Assembly: GCA_963794325.1 (NCBI GenBank) | Contig: CAWCDG010000005.1 | Span: 192,001-256,000, forward strand | Source: an uncultured delta proteobacterium | Lineage (GTDB): Bacteria; Desulfobacterota; Binatia; Binatales; Binataceae | Length of the DNA: 64,000 nucleotides | Reading direction: 5' to 3' | In this document: positions 37,976 through 49,799 of the stretch, piece after piece | Layout of the letters: the number at the start of each line of letters is the position of its first letter | Numbering within the stretch: the first letter of the stretch is position 1 | Position numbers and translations under genes: made by a program | Notes under the pieces: generated by a model | Told to the model about the DNA's origin: nothing | The model's database searches: none | Seen by the model: only the letters and a program-made list of their open reading frames with translations

Positions 37976-39289
37976 ATGAAGGTGCTGGTCATAGGAAAAG
38001 GTGGGCGCGAACACGCGCTGGTTTGGCGGCTCCATCAGAGCGAGACGGTCTGGAAGATTTTCTGCGCGAGCGGAAATCCAGGCATCGATCAGATTGCGGA
38101 ACCGGTACCGATCGCGCCGACCGATGTCGCGGCGCTCGTGGAATTTGCAAAATCAAAATCCGTCGACCTGACCATAGTTGGTCCGGAAGATCCGCTCGCC
38201 GCCGGGATCGTCGATCAGTTCACGCGTGCTGGTCTGAAAATATTTGGGCCGACAGCGGCCGCATCGCAGCTCGAAACGAGCAAGTCGTTCGCGAAAGCAA
38301 TCATGCGCGAGGGCGGCGTGCCAACTGCCGACTTCGCCGCTTTCGACGATGCTGAATCCGCGCGGCGCTACGTGAAGGCGCGCACCGGCTCGATGGTGGT
38401 CAAGGCGGACGGACTCGCGCTCGGAAAAGGCGTCACGGTTTGCCACGACACGACCACGGCTCTGGAAGCCATCACAGATGCGATGGAGCGGCGGCGGTTC
38501 GGAGCCGCGGGCAGTCGAGTGATCGTCGAGGAGTTTCTGACCGGCGAGGAAATTTCATTCTTTGCGCTGTGCGACGGCGAGAACGCGATCCCGCTCGGCA
38601 CCTTCCAGGATCACAAGGCGATTTTCGACGGCGATCGCGGCCCCAACACCGGCGGGATGGGCGCATATTCGCCAGTCCCGCAATTCGGGCCCGAGATGGA
38701 AGCGCGCACGATGCGCGAAGTGATCTTGCCAACACTTGGCGCGATGAACGCGCGCGGGACTCCGTTTCGCGGAATGCTGTATGCAGGTTTGATGACCGAC
38801 GGCGAACGAATCAATGTGATCGAATTCAACGTCCGCTTCGGCGATCCGGAATGCGAACCTCAGATGATGCGGTTGGACAGCGACCTGGCGGAGATCCTGC
38901 TCGCTGCTGTTGAAGGCAAAGTGGCGAATGCCGCGGTCCGGCTGTCGCCGCGCAGTGCGGTCGCGGTCGTGCTCGCGTCGGGCGGATATCCGGGCGAATA
39001 CAAAAAGGGCATCGCGATTCACGGGCTGGACCGGCTCGAAGGCAACGTCCCGTCGGACATCAAGATAAAATGGGCGATGAAAAAGATTCGCGTGAAGGTT
39101 TTCCATTCGGGCACTGCGATGCGCGACGGACAGTTGGTGACTGATGGCGGGCGCGTGTTGACGGTGACCGCGATGGCGCCGGAGCTGGCGACGGCAGTCG
39201 ATGCGGCATACGAAGCGGCGGAAATGATCGAGTTCGAGGGACGTCACTTCCGCCGCGACATTGCGCGCCGCGCGCTCGGCCACTCGTGA
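37976..39289 (+). CDS. purD: Phosphoribosylamine-glycine ligase
   Basis: GGREHAL, VKADGLALGKGV, QDHK, GPNTGGMGAYSP, EFNVRFGDPE. Confidence 0.97.
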   Translation: MKVLVIGKGGREHALVWRLHQSETVWKIFCASGNPGIDQIAEPVPIAPTDVAALVEFAKSKSVDLTIVGPEDPLAAGIVDQFTRAGLKIFGPTAAASQLETSKSFAKAIMREGGVPTADFAAFDDAESARRYVKARTGSMVVKADGLALGKGVTVCHDTTTALEAITDAMERRRFGAAGSRVIVEEFLTGEEISFFALCDGENAIPLGTFQDHKAIFDGDRGPNTGGMGAYSPVPQFGPEMEARTMREVILPTLGAMNARGTPFRGMLYAGLMTDGERINVIEFNVRFGDPECEPQMMRLDSDLAEILLAAVEGKVANAAVRLSPRSAVAVVLASGGYPGEYKKGIAIHGLDRLEGNVPSDIKIKWAMKKIRVKVFHSGTAMRDGQLVTDGGRVLTVTAMAPELATAVDAAYEAAEMIEFEGRHFRRDIARRALGHS

Positions 39290-39894
39290 TGTTTCGGCTC
39301 GAAGACGGAATTGCCGCCTTGCAAGCCGGCGAGCTGGTCGTCTATCCAACTGAAACGTTCTATGCGATCGGTGCTGACGCGTTTTCATCGACCGCACTGC
39401 GGCGACTGTTTATGGTGAAGGGACGCGAACCCGGGCGGCCCGTTGGATTGATCGCAGCTGACGCCGCGATGGCATTTTCAGTGGCGCGTGAAATACCGAT
39501 CGATGCGCGGCGGCTCGCCGACGCGTTCTGGCCGGGACCGCTGACTCTCGTGTTGCCGGCTCGCGACGACATCGCGCCGGAGCTGGCTGGAGCAGACGGC
39601 GTCGGCGTGCGGGTATCTCCAAATCCCGTCGCGCGCTCACTCAGCGCGGGAATCGGGAAACCGATCACCGCGACCAGCGCAAACCTGAGCGGAGCACCTC
39701 CGGCGAGCACGCTCGCGGAAGCGCGCGCGGCGTTCGGCGCAAAAGTTAAAGTATACCTTGAAGGTGGGAAATTGATGGCGTCGGCGCCGAGCACGGTCGT
39801 TGCCGTCAGCGGGAGCGGATGGAAAATGGTGAGAGTTGGAGCGATTTCGCTAAGTCAGATCGCAATCGCGCTGGCGGGGGACGCGTTGAAATGA
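39286..39894 (+). CDS. tsaC: L-threonylcarbamoyladenylate synthase
   Basis: YPTETFY, KGR, FWPGPLTL, TATSANLSG. Confidence 0.93.
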   Translation: MMFRLEDGIAALQAGELVVYPTETFYAIGADAFSSTALRRLFMVKGREPGRPVGLIAADAAMAFSVAREIPIDARRLADAFWPGPLTLVLPARDDIAPELAGADGVGVRVSPNPVARSLSAGIGKPITATSANLSGAPPASTLAEARAAFGAKVKVYLEGGKLMASAPSTVVAVSGSGWKMVRVGAISLSQIAIALAGDALK

Positions 39895-41187
39895 GCGGGC
39901 TCGGCAAACGGATCGAGCCCTTGCGCGCGCTGATGTACAACCGTCAAATCGCCGGCGAGCCGGCACTCGTCGTGGCGCCGCCTTACGATCTGATCGGTGC
40001 CGCGCGTCAGAATCAACTATACGAGCGCAGTCCGTACAACGTCGTGCGGCTCGAACTCGCGCGCGAGACGGACCGTTATGGCGCGGCGGAGAAAACGCTC
40101 GCGGATTGGATGGCGACGAGCGTCCTTGAACGGCCGGCGCGGCCTGCCATTTTTCAATACACGCAGACTTTCGACGTCGAGGGGCGGCTGCTGCATCGCA
40201 CCGGATTCATCGCGCGCGTTCGGCTCGAGGAGTTCGATCGCGGACGCATCCTCCCGCACGAGAAAACTTTTCCAGCCGCCAAAGAAGACCGCCTTCGCCT
40301 GCTGACCGCGCTGCAGGTCAACACGAGCTCGATCTTCGGTCTGTACTCAGGCATCCATCCTGAGATCGATCGATTGCGCGATCAGGTCGCTGCGCGCGAG
40401 CCGCTGATCGATCTGGTCGATGACCTTGGAATCCGCAATGAGCTGCGGCCGATCGAGGCGGACGACGAAATCGCGATCATTCAGCGCGAACTCGAATCGC
40501 CGCGCATCCTGATCGCCGACGGACACCATCGCTACGAGACTGCGCTGAACTATCGCCGCGCGCGGCGCCACGAGAATGCTTCCAACGAACCGGCGCCATA
40601 CGACTATACGATGATGACGTTGGTCGCGTGCGACGATCCCGGGCTGGTGATTCTGCCGACGCATCGGGTTGTAAAGTCGCTGCCCGTCTGCCGCGATTAC
40701 GTCGTTTGCGCAACGTGCGCGCGAAGTGTTCGAGGTCGACGAGATCACTCATCGCGATGAGTTTCGCACGCGCCTGAATGATTCGGGCCCCGGCGCGATC
40801 GGCGTATCGCTCAAGGGGAGTCCGCATTACTTTCTTCTGCGACTCCGCGATGCAGCAGCGATGAAGTCCGCGAGGCCTGAGGCGCCGGACGAGGTTCGGC
40901 GCCTCGACGTGTCCGTTCTGCACGCGCTGGTGTTCGACCGAATCTTCGGGCTGCGCGACGACGAAATTCGCAAGGGCGGAAACATCGAATACACGATCGA
41001 GATTGGCGGCGCGCTCGGCGCCGTGGCGCAGGGGCATGCCGACGGCGCGTTCCTGATGAATCCGCCGTCGATTCAGGATGTCGAGCGGGTGAGCGATGCG
41101 GGCGCTACGATGCCCGAGAAGTCGACCTACTTCCATCCCAAGTTGCTGACGGGCCTCGTGATGAATCCGCTGTTCGACGACCAATGA
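39891..41187 (+). CDS. DUF1015 family protein, +1 frameshift at ~40684
   Basis: APPYD, ILPHEKT, IADGHHRYETA, ILPTHR; second frame MPEKSTYFHPKLLTGLV. Confidence 0.88.
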
Positions 41188-41804
41188 TTCGCACTGGGCG
41201 GTTGATCCTCGTGCGCCACGGCGAGACTGAGGGCGAGTCGAGCATCAGGTATCACGGCCGCACCGACGTGGCATTGTCGGAACCCGGACGCGCGCAGATG
41301 CGCCTTGCGCGCCGCGCGATCGAGACGCGTCACGGGGTCAAAACTTACGCCCAGGTTTTTTCGAGTCCGCTGATTCGCGCGTCCGAAGGCGCGCGCATCG
41401 TATCAGGCGATTCGTCCCCGCTGGTCACAATCGATGAGTTCGCCGAAGTGCACTTCGGATTGTTCGAGGGACTCACGGCAGATGAGATTCGCGAGCGCTA
41501 CCCCGACGAGTTCGCGCGATGGAACGCTGATCGACTCGCGCCGACCTACACCTATCCCGAGGGCGAGAGCCGCGCCGACTTTACCAATCGCGTCGAGCGT
41601 GGCCTGGAACGCATGCTGACCATGTGGACGCCGCGCGATCGCGAAGCGCTGTTGGTGGCGCATCGCGGGGTGATTCGGGCAATTGTGCGAAAGCTCACCA
41701 ATCATGAGCCCGTGGTGGAGCTTGGATCGATTCACATTCTGCGCTTCGACGGCGGCTGGCAAGCTTACCTGCTCGATCTGATCGATCATCTCGACAACAC
41801 CTGA
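41184..41804 (+). CDS. Histidine phosphatase family protein
   Basis: LVRHGET, SSPLIRA, EVHFGLFEG, PEGES, VAHRGVI. Confidence 0.92.
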   Translation: MIRTGRLILVRHGETEGESSIRYHGRTDVALSEPGRAQMRLARRAIETRHGVKTYAQVFSSPLIRASEGARIVSGDSSPLVTIDEFAEVHFGLFEGLTADEIRERYPDEFARWNADRLAPTYTYPEGESRADFTNRVERGLERMLTMWTPRDREALLVAHRGVIRAIVRKLTNHEPVVELGSIHILRFDGGWQAYLLDLIDHLDNT

Positions 41805-41807
41805 ATT

Positions 41808-42585
41808 TCACACGCGGCGAAGAACTCCTGTCCATCGGTAGCGGCATCTGTCGAGCGGTTTGGTGAACGACAGGTCGCAATACACGGCGGCCATTTTGAA
41901 CATCCCGGACGCCAGCGCTGCGAGTTCCAGAATCGACGGAGTCGTGTAACGCACTGGAATCAGGTCGCGTGTCATCACCGGCCCGGTGGGAAAATTGATA
42001 GTGCATTCGAGTTCGTAGATCGAGTGAAGCGGCGAATGCCACGCGATCGGTCGATGGAACTCCCTGATACCGAGTGCGACGCCGGCGGCGCTCGCGGTAC
42101 GCTCTCGCCACATCGTGCGCTGCGACACGCGCGCCATCGGATCCTGACGATCGATATCGATGCAGTACAGACCGCCGCGCTTGAGCGCACGGCCGACGGA
42201 TTTGAGATGCGACAGCAGTTCGGCGTTCTCGACGATCACCGGAAATGTTTCGGACATGAAGATTGCGACATCGAATGGGCGCTCGGGCAGCGCTGAACTT
42301 CTCGATCGGCCGCCGGTAAAAGCGAAGGTTCGCGTTCGCCTTGCGGCGCCCTGCCGCGATCATCGTGGGTGAGCGATCGATTCCGACGACCTCGAATCCA
42401 TCTTCAGCCAGCAGGCGGCCGTGAGGCGAGTCGCCGCACGCTATGTCGAGGATGCGGCGCGTCGAACCTTTGCGATGCCGCTTCCAAACCTGCTGTAGAA
42501 AAATGACTTCGGCTGGAATCTCGCCGGGACTTTCCAAATGCGCGCGCCGAAAAATGTCGGGATACAGATAAATGCTCGGTTCCAT
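41808..42585 (-). CDS. Class I SAM-dependent methyltransferase, frameshift at ~42291
   Basis: ILDIACG, VVGIDRSPTM; other frame PFDVAI...RALKRGGLYCID. Confidence 0.8.
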
Positions 42586-42700
42586 CGGCGATGAGCGTAC
42601 AAGCGGCGCGCGCGGGAATCGACGCTTGAGATTTTGCGGCGAACGGCGGGATAATGCGCGCCTCTACAGTTCCTGAACGATCGTTTGGGAGAAAACCGCG

Positions 42701-43912
42701 ATGAGCAAGCCGCTGGAAGGAATCAAGGTCGTCGAGATCGCGCAGGAAATCCAGGGGCCGTTCGCGTCGCTGGTTCTGGCCGACATGGGCGCCGACGTGG
42801 TCAAGGTCGAGAACAAGGAGACGGGCGATCTCAGCCGCTGGATGTTGACTGCGTTGATCGGCGGGCCGGACGTAAAGAACGCGACGGTGTCGCATTACTT
42901 CATCGCGATGAATCGCGGCAAGCGGAGCATCACCGCCGATCTGAAAAAGCCCGACGCGATCGAGATGGTCCGCCGGATGGTGAAATCGTACGACGTGCTG
43001 GTCACCAACTATCGTCCCGGCGTGCTCGACCGGCTCGGACTCGGCTATGACGACGTGCGCAAGATCAATCCGCGCATCGTGTACGCGCAGGGAAGTTCGT
43101 GGGGACCGCGTGGGCCGTGGGTAATGCGGCCGAGTCGCGACACGCTCGCGCAGGCCGCGAGCGGCGTGATGGCCAAGACGGGAATGCCGACCGATCCGCC
43201 GCTGGCGGCCGGGATGTTCATCGCCGATCATTCGGGCGCGCTCAGCCTGGCGAGCGGAGTGCTGGCGGCGCTATTCGCACGCGAGCGCACCGGCAAGGGG
43301 CAGAAGGTTGACGCGTCGATCTACGGCACGATGATCGCGATGCAAGGAATGGAGATCAATTATACGTCGATCACCGGGGTCGAGCCTGAGCGGGCCGGCA
43401 GGGGCCATCAGTTTTTGCGCGGCGTGTGGGGCGCGTTCCCGACCAGCGACGGGTTCATCTGTATTGCGGGCGTGGACGAGAAACGCTGGCCGTCGTTCTG
43501 CAAGATCGTCGGGATTCAACATCTCGAGAAAGATCCCGAGTACTCGGACAACGTGGTTCGCAATTTTCATGGCGAGAAGATTCAGAAAGTGCTCGACGAG
43601 ATCTTTCCGAACAAGACGAGCAAGCAATGGCTCAAGGAACTTACCGACGCCGACATCCTGGCGACCGAGGTCGTCGATTACCGCACGATGCTGAAAAGCG
43701 AACAGGCGCGCGTCAACGGATACCTGCTCGAACTCGACCATCCGGTGGCGGGCAAGGTGCTCGTGTCGGGCACGCCGATCACGATCAACGGCGAAGTTAC
43801 GACGGCGGCAGAGGCCGCGCCCGAACACGGGCAGCATACTGAGGAAGTGCTGATCGAACTCGGCTACACGTGGGAAGAGATCGGCGGGCTGCGCGAAAGC
43901 GGCGCGATCTAA
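42701..43912 (+). CDS. CoA transferase family III (CaiB/BaiF)
   Basis: PLEGIKVVE, LADMGADVVKVE, NRGKRSI, NYRPGV, APEHGQHT. Confidence 0.94.
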   Translation: MSKPLEGIKVVEIAQEIQGPFASLVLADMGADVVKVENKETGDLSRWMLTALIGGPDVKNATVSHYFIAMNRGKRSITADLKKPDAIEMVRRMVKSYDVLVTNYRPGVLDRLGLGYDDVRKINPRIVYAQGSSWGPRGPWVMRPSRDTLAQAASGVMAKTGMPTDPPLAAGMFIADHSGALSLASGVLAALFARERTGKGQKVDASIYGTMIAMQGMEINYTSITGVEPERAGRGHQFLRGVWGAFPTSDGFICIAGVDEKRWPSFCKIVGIQHLEKDPEYSDNVVRNFHGEKIQKVLDEIFPNKTSKQWLKELTDADILATEVVDYRTMLKSEQARVNGYLLELDHPVAGKVLVSGTPITINGEVTTAAEAAPEHGQHTEEVLIELGYTWEEIGGLRESGAI

Positions 43913-43918
43913 ACGCGG

Positions 43919-44842
43919 TCACGGACGGGTGACTCGATAGATCTCGAAGGTGCCGTTCACCTGCAGGTGAAAATAGAGCGACTTCTCGTCGGGGGACAGC
44001 GCGGGCGCCTCGGCGAATCCGGTGATCGCTGCGATCTTGCGAGGTTTGCCGAACGGCTTCGTAACCTTCGAGCGTGTCGCCGTATAAATCACCGGCGGCG
44101 GCTTGGGCTGCGAACCCACTTTCGGAATCCGAGTAAAGAAGAACTCGAGTCCCGACTTCGACACATCGGGCGCGTAGTTGAGGTCGTGGGTGTTGATCTT
44201 GCGCATGATCTCGGCGCTGTTCTTGAGTCGAGTGAACTGATCGCCGTTGCGCTTCGCAATCGCGATGCGCGCGGCAGCCGGGACGCTGCCACCGTTGAAG
44301 ACGCCGTCCACGAAATACAACGTGCTGCCGTCGGGGCTGATGCATTGATCGAAATTGACGTCGCCCATTTTGTCCTTCGAAACGCCAGGCACCAACGCGA
44401 CGTTCGAGAGGCTGCCGCTGGAAAAGGTCCCCGAATAGATGGTCGAGAGGGTCTGCGCGTAGCTCCTGTTCGAGATGAAATAGAAAATATCGTTCATGTC
44501 GATCGAGGGGACTGCGGTAAGCGTCATCCCGCCAGAATTCGCACCAGCAATCTCACTCTGAAATTGGAACGTCACGTCGTCGATACGTGTCGCGTAGTAA
44601 AGGTTGGTGGTCTGCGCGCTGTTCGAATTGTTGAAGAAGAGATAGTTGCCGTCGGGGCTGATGAACGGCTCCATCGCGTCCTGGGTGTAGCCCTCAATCG
44701 TCACGTGCTCCGGGTTGGTGAAGACCCCGAAGGACGGCGTGGCATCCGGCGCGTCCGCGATCTCGGCGTTCGAGTTGAACGACGTGCAGAAGAGCAACAG
44801 CGAAAGAATCGAAAGAGTGACGGTGCGATTTGTCGAGCGCAT
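43919..44842 (-). CDS. Secreted PD40/TolB-like beta-propeller protein
   Basis: Signal peptide; repeats ISPDGNYLFF, ISPDGSTLYF, LSPDEKSLYF. Confidence 0.8.
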   Translation of the reverse strand: MRSTNRTVTLSILSLLLFCTSFNSNAEIADAPDATPSFGVFTNPEHVTIEGYTQDAMEPFISPDGNYLFFNNSNSAQTTNLYYATRIDDVTFQFQSEIAGANSGGMTLTAVPSIDMNDIFYFISNRSYAQTLSTIYSGTFSSGSLSNVALVPGVSKDKMGDVNFDQCISPDGSTLYFVDGVFNGGSVPAAARIAIAKRNGDQFTRLKNSAEIMRKINTHDLNYAPDVSKSGLEFFFTRIPKVGSQPKPPPVIYTATRSKVTKPFGKPRKIAAITGFAEAPALSPDEKSLYFHLQVNGTFEIYRVTRP

Positions 44843-44926
44843 TGTAACTTCTCAGCCTAACTCCCTTGTTGCATATTAGTTCAACTCGCGTTCAATGACA
44901 GTAAGCGAAATCGTGGAGGACCCGCT

Positions 44927-45358
44927 ATGGCGTTACCAGCTCGAATCAGCATCGCGACCCTCGGCGTGAGCGACCTCGCGCGTTCGACCAGGTTTTATCT
45001 GGCGCTCGGCTGGAAACTGGCAGAAGGCTCTTCGCCCGAGATCAGCTTCTTTCGCACCGCGGGAGGAGTGCTGGCGCTCTACCCTTTCGATCTGCTCGCC
45101 AAGGACGCGATGCTGCCAGCGTCGCGAGCGAGCGGATTCGGCGGAGTCACGCTCGCGATCAACCTCGAGCGGCCCGAAGACGTGCAACCGGGACTCGACG
45201 CCGCGAAACAGGCGGGCGCAACGATTCTCAAGGCCGCGACCAAGGCTGAGTGGGGAGGAGTGTCGGGATATTTCGCCGACCCCGACGGCTATCCGTGGGA
45301 AGTAGTTTGGGCGCCCAGGTCTAAGTTCAAGCCCGACGGCTCGCTTGATGTGAGCTAG
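44927..45358 (+). CDS. VOC/glyoxalase family protein
   Basis: TLGVSDL, WGGVSGYFADPDGYPWE. Confidence 0.92.
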   Translation: MALPARISIATLGVSDLARSTRFYLALGWKLAEGSSPEISFFRTAGGVLALYPFDLLAKDAMLPASRASGFGGVTLAINLERPEDVQPGLDAAKQAGATILKAATKAEWGGVSGYFADPDGYPWEVVWAPRSKFKPDGSLDVS

Positions 45359-45367
45359 GCGACGAAC

Positions 45368-46081
45368 ATGGCGGAGCGGCACATCGTTGCGATGGGTGGT
45401 GGCGGATTCTCGATGGAGCCGCGCAATCCGAGGCTCGACGATTTTGTATTGAGCCTGGCGCGACGCAGGCGGCGTCCGCAGGTATGCTTCGTCGCCACCG
45501 CGACTGGCGATAGTGATTCGTACATCAGACGGTTCCACGAAGCGTTTCCACCGTCGCGCGCCGCCGCGACTCACCTCACTTTCTTCGAGCGCACGGTTCC
45601 CGACCTCAAAGCGTTCGTGATGGAGCAGGACGTTATCTACGTCGGCGGCGGCAGCAGTGCGAACATGCTCGCAGTATGGCGCTTGCATGGATTCGACAAA
45701 GTGCTGCGCGCGGCGTGGAACGCAGGCGTCGTGATGGCGGGAATCAGCGCGGGCGCTATTTGCTGGTTCGAAGACGGCCTGACGGATTCGTTCGGCATGC
45801 CGTATCGCCCACTCAAGGACGGGCTTGGATTGGTGCGTGGCGCTTGCTGTCCGCATTATGATGGGGAGAAGGAGCGGCGGTCGGTGTTGATGCGATTGAT
45901 CAAGCGTGGATTCCCATCGACGCTCGCGCTCGACGACGGAGCGGCGGCGCATTTCGTCGGAACGCGGCTTAAGGAAGTCGTTTCGTCGCGACCCAAGGCG
46001 CGAGCTTTCCGAGTCACGCTGAGACGCGGTGTCGCAGTCGAGATCGCGATTCCAGTACGATACCTGGGCGCGGGCAGATAG
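45368..46081 (+). CDS. Peptidase E (S51) family
   Basis: MGGGGFSME, IYVGGG, GISAGA, CPHYD. Confidence 0.9.
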   Translation: MAERHIVAMGGGGFSMEPRNPRLDDFVLSLARRRRRPQVCFVATATGDSDSYIRRFHEAFPPSRAAATHLTFFERTVPDLKAFVMEQDVIYVGGGSSANMLAVWRLHGFDKVLRAAWNAGVVMAGISAGAICWFEDGLTDSFGMPYRPLKDGLGLVRGACCPHYDGEKERRSVLMRLIKRGFPSTLALDDGAAAHFVGTRLKEVVSSRPKARAFRVTLRRGVAVEIAIPVRYLGAGR

Positions 46082-46092
46082 AGGAGAGACGG

Positions 46093-46761
46093 ATGGCGAC
46101 AACCGGAACAATGGACGAGGCCAAGCGAAGTTACATCCCCGCCTTCGGGAAGCGCTGGCTGTTGCCGCTTTACGATCCATTCCTGTGGCTGTTGGGAGCG
46201 GACAAGGCGAAACGGCCGCTGATCGAGCAGGCAAAAATCAAACCAGGATTTCGTGTGCTCGATATCGGATGCGGTACCGGATCGATGGCAGTAGAGATCA
46301 AGCGAATGCATCCTGAGGCCGAGGTTGTGGGAATCGATCCGGACCCATCGGCTTTATCGACCGCAGAGCGCAAGGCGAAGCGTGCGGGACTCTCGATCGA
46401 ATTCGATCGCGGCTTCGCGGACCACATGCCTTATGCGGATGCGTCGTTTGACCGGGTGTTCTCGTCGTTCATGTTTCACCATCTGGCTGCGGACGAAAAG
46501 ACGGCGACGCTCGGCGAGATTCGGCGCGTGCTGAAGGCCGGCGGATCGCTTCATCTGCTGGACTTCGTCCGGGAGCACGGCGCGCACTCTGGAACTGCGG
46601 AGCATGGAAATTGGATCCATCGCCATGGCGCGGTGGCTGAGCGGATCGAAGGTCGGATGACGTCGCTCATGGACGAGGCGGGGTTGGCCGATTCGAGGGA
46701 AGTGTCGCGGGGGAAGAACTTCTTCGGGCCGATCGCTTACTACCGTGCCGCCAATCCCTGA
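46093..46761 (+). CDS. Class I SAM-dependent methyltransferase
   Basis: VLDIGCGTG, MPYADASFD, RRVLKAGG. Confidence 0.9.
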   Translation: MATTGTMDEAKRSYIPAFGKRWLLPLYDPFLWLLGADKAKRPLIEQAKIKPGFRVLDIGCGTGSMAVEIKRMHPEAEVVGIDPDPSALSTAERKAKRAGLSIEFDRGFADHMPYADASFDRVFSSFMFHHLAADEKTATLGEIRRVLKAGGSLHLLDFVREHGAHSGTAEHGNWIHRHGAVAERIEGRMTSLMDEAGLADSREVSRGKNFFGPIAYYRAANP

Positions 46762-46803
46762 ATCGAGCTGACTCGCGTGACAAGGTGGGCTGGCCTGCTC
46801 TAG

Positions 46804-48131
<1,328 letters not shown>

Positions 48132-48132
<1 letters not shown>

Positions 48133-49677
48133 TGCCCGCGAGGCCGCCGGTCGCAGCGCTGATAATTTTCGACGGATGGGGAATCAGCAAAGGCCGCGCT
48201 TCGAATGCGATCGCGGCGGCGAAGACGCCGGTCATGGATCGCCTCTACGCGACGAGTGCGCATACTGAACTCGACGCGTCGGGCGAAGCGGTCGGATTGC
48301 CGCCGGGGGTGATGGGCAATTCCGAAGTCGGGCATCTTACGATCGGATCGGGCCGCGTTATCTACCAGGATTTGATGCGGATCACGAAAGCGATCGAGAG
48401 CGGGGCTTTCGCTCGAAACCCGACGATTCTCGCGGCGATCAAAAAGGCCGTCGCGTCCGGCACGACGCTGCATATCTGGGGGCTGCTTTCCGACGGCAGC
48501 GTGCACAGTCATATCGATCATTTGATCGCTTTGCTCGACGTCGCCAGCGCAAACGGAGCGACCCGGATTGCGGTTCATGCGGTGCTCGACGGTCGCGACA
48601 AGCCGCCGCGATCGGCGCTGGAGTTTATCGACCAAGTCGAAGCGAAGCTGAAGCAGCTGGGGTGCGGGCGGATCGCGACGGTCATTGGGCGTTATTATGC
48701 GATGGATCGCGACAAGCGATGGGACCGAGTCGAGCAGGCTTGGCGCGCGATGGTCGAGGCAGAAGGAATCGCCGCGGCCAGCGCACGCGAGGCGGTCGAG
48801 AAATCGTACGCCGCGGGCAAGAGCGATGAATTCGTCGAGCCGCACGTGATCGGTGAGCGAGCGCCGATGGCGGATGGCGATCAGATCATCTGCTTCAACT
48901 TCCGGGCGGACCGGGCGCGCGAGCTGACGGCGGCGATCGCGCTCGAAGGATTCTCGGAGTTCCGGCGTCTCGCGGATTCCGAAAGTCGGGTACGTGTGTA
49001 TGACCGAGTACGATCGATCGTTCGGGCTTCCGCTCGCGTTCGGTCCCGAAGATGTGCGCAACACGCTGGCCGAGGTGATGGCGCATGCGGGAATCAGGAA
49101 CCTGCGGGTCGCGGAGACCGAGAAATATGCGCACGTGACCTACTTCCTGAACGGTGGCGTCGAGAAGGCGTTTCCACTCGAGGAGCGCGCGCTGATTCCG
49201 TCGTCGAAGGTCGCGACCTATGACCTCGAGCCACGGATGAAGGCGGCGGCGATCGCGACGCGCGTCGAAGAAGAAGTGGCGAGCGGCAAGTTCGACGTGA
49301 TTGTGATGAACTTCGCAAATCCCGACATGGTGGGGCATACCGGCAAGTTCGATGCGACGGTGGCGGCGGTCGAGGCGACGGACGCGGCGCTCGGCGTTGT
49401 GATCGGGGCGCTCGAGAAGCGCGGGGGCGTCGCGCTGATCACGGCGGATCACGGCAATGCGGAATTCATGGCAGATCCGGCGACCGGGCAGGCGCATACG
49501 GCGCACACGACGAATCCGGTGCCGCTGATTCTGTACGATCCGAAATTCAAAGGACGGTTGAAAGATGGCGGCACGCTCGCGGACGTGGCGCCGACGATTC
49601 TCGGGATGCTCGGGGTGAAGGCGCCGAAAGAGATGACTGGGCGCGATTTGCGGGTCGACGCGGTGCCAGGAACCTAA
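48132..49677 (+). CDS. gpmI: 2,3-bisphosphoglycerate-independent phosphoglycerate mutase, +1 frameshift at ~48970
   Basis: DGWG, MGNSEVGH, RYYAMDRD, NFRADR; second frame AETEKYAHVTYF, NPDMVGH, TADHGN. Confidence 0.95.
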
Positions 49678-49793
49678 CCCCTAACCCCTTCCCGAGCGGG
49701 AAGGGGAACCGAATTAAAAGAAACAGCGCTTCGCGCGCGGGAAGGGGAACCGGATTAAAGGAAACACCCGCTTCGCGCGCGCGAAGGGGAGCG
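49671..49793 (+). repeat. Hairpin/triplex-type repeat followed by ~2.3 tandem 41-44-bp units
   Basis: 49671-49711 identical to 54117-54157 (41 bp); units start at 49696, 49737, 49781. Confidence 0.85.
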
Positions 49794-49799
49794 AGTGAG

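Noticed and set aside
44933-46234. Long antisense ORFs (e.g. 433 aa here, 60059-61288, 47937-49064)
   Set aside because: Shadow ORFs opposite well-supported genes, expected at high GC, with no recognisable motifs
48940-49000. Programmed frameshifting in gpmI and the other split genes
   Set aside because: No shared slippery sequence; scattered single indels are better explained by sequencing error
49674-49688. Telomere-like CCCTAA repeats
   Set aside because: Only two imperfect units; better explained as the third-strand part of the dispersed repeat
49671-49793. CRISPR array
   Set aside because: Units are contiguous tandem copies without unique spacers, only ~2 units, and no cas genes in the window
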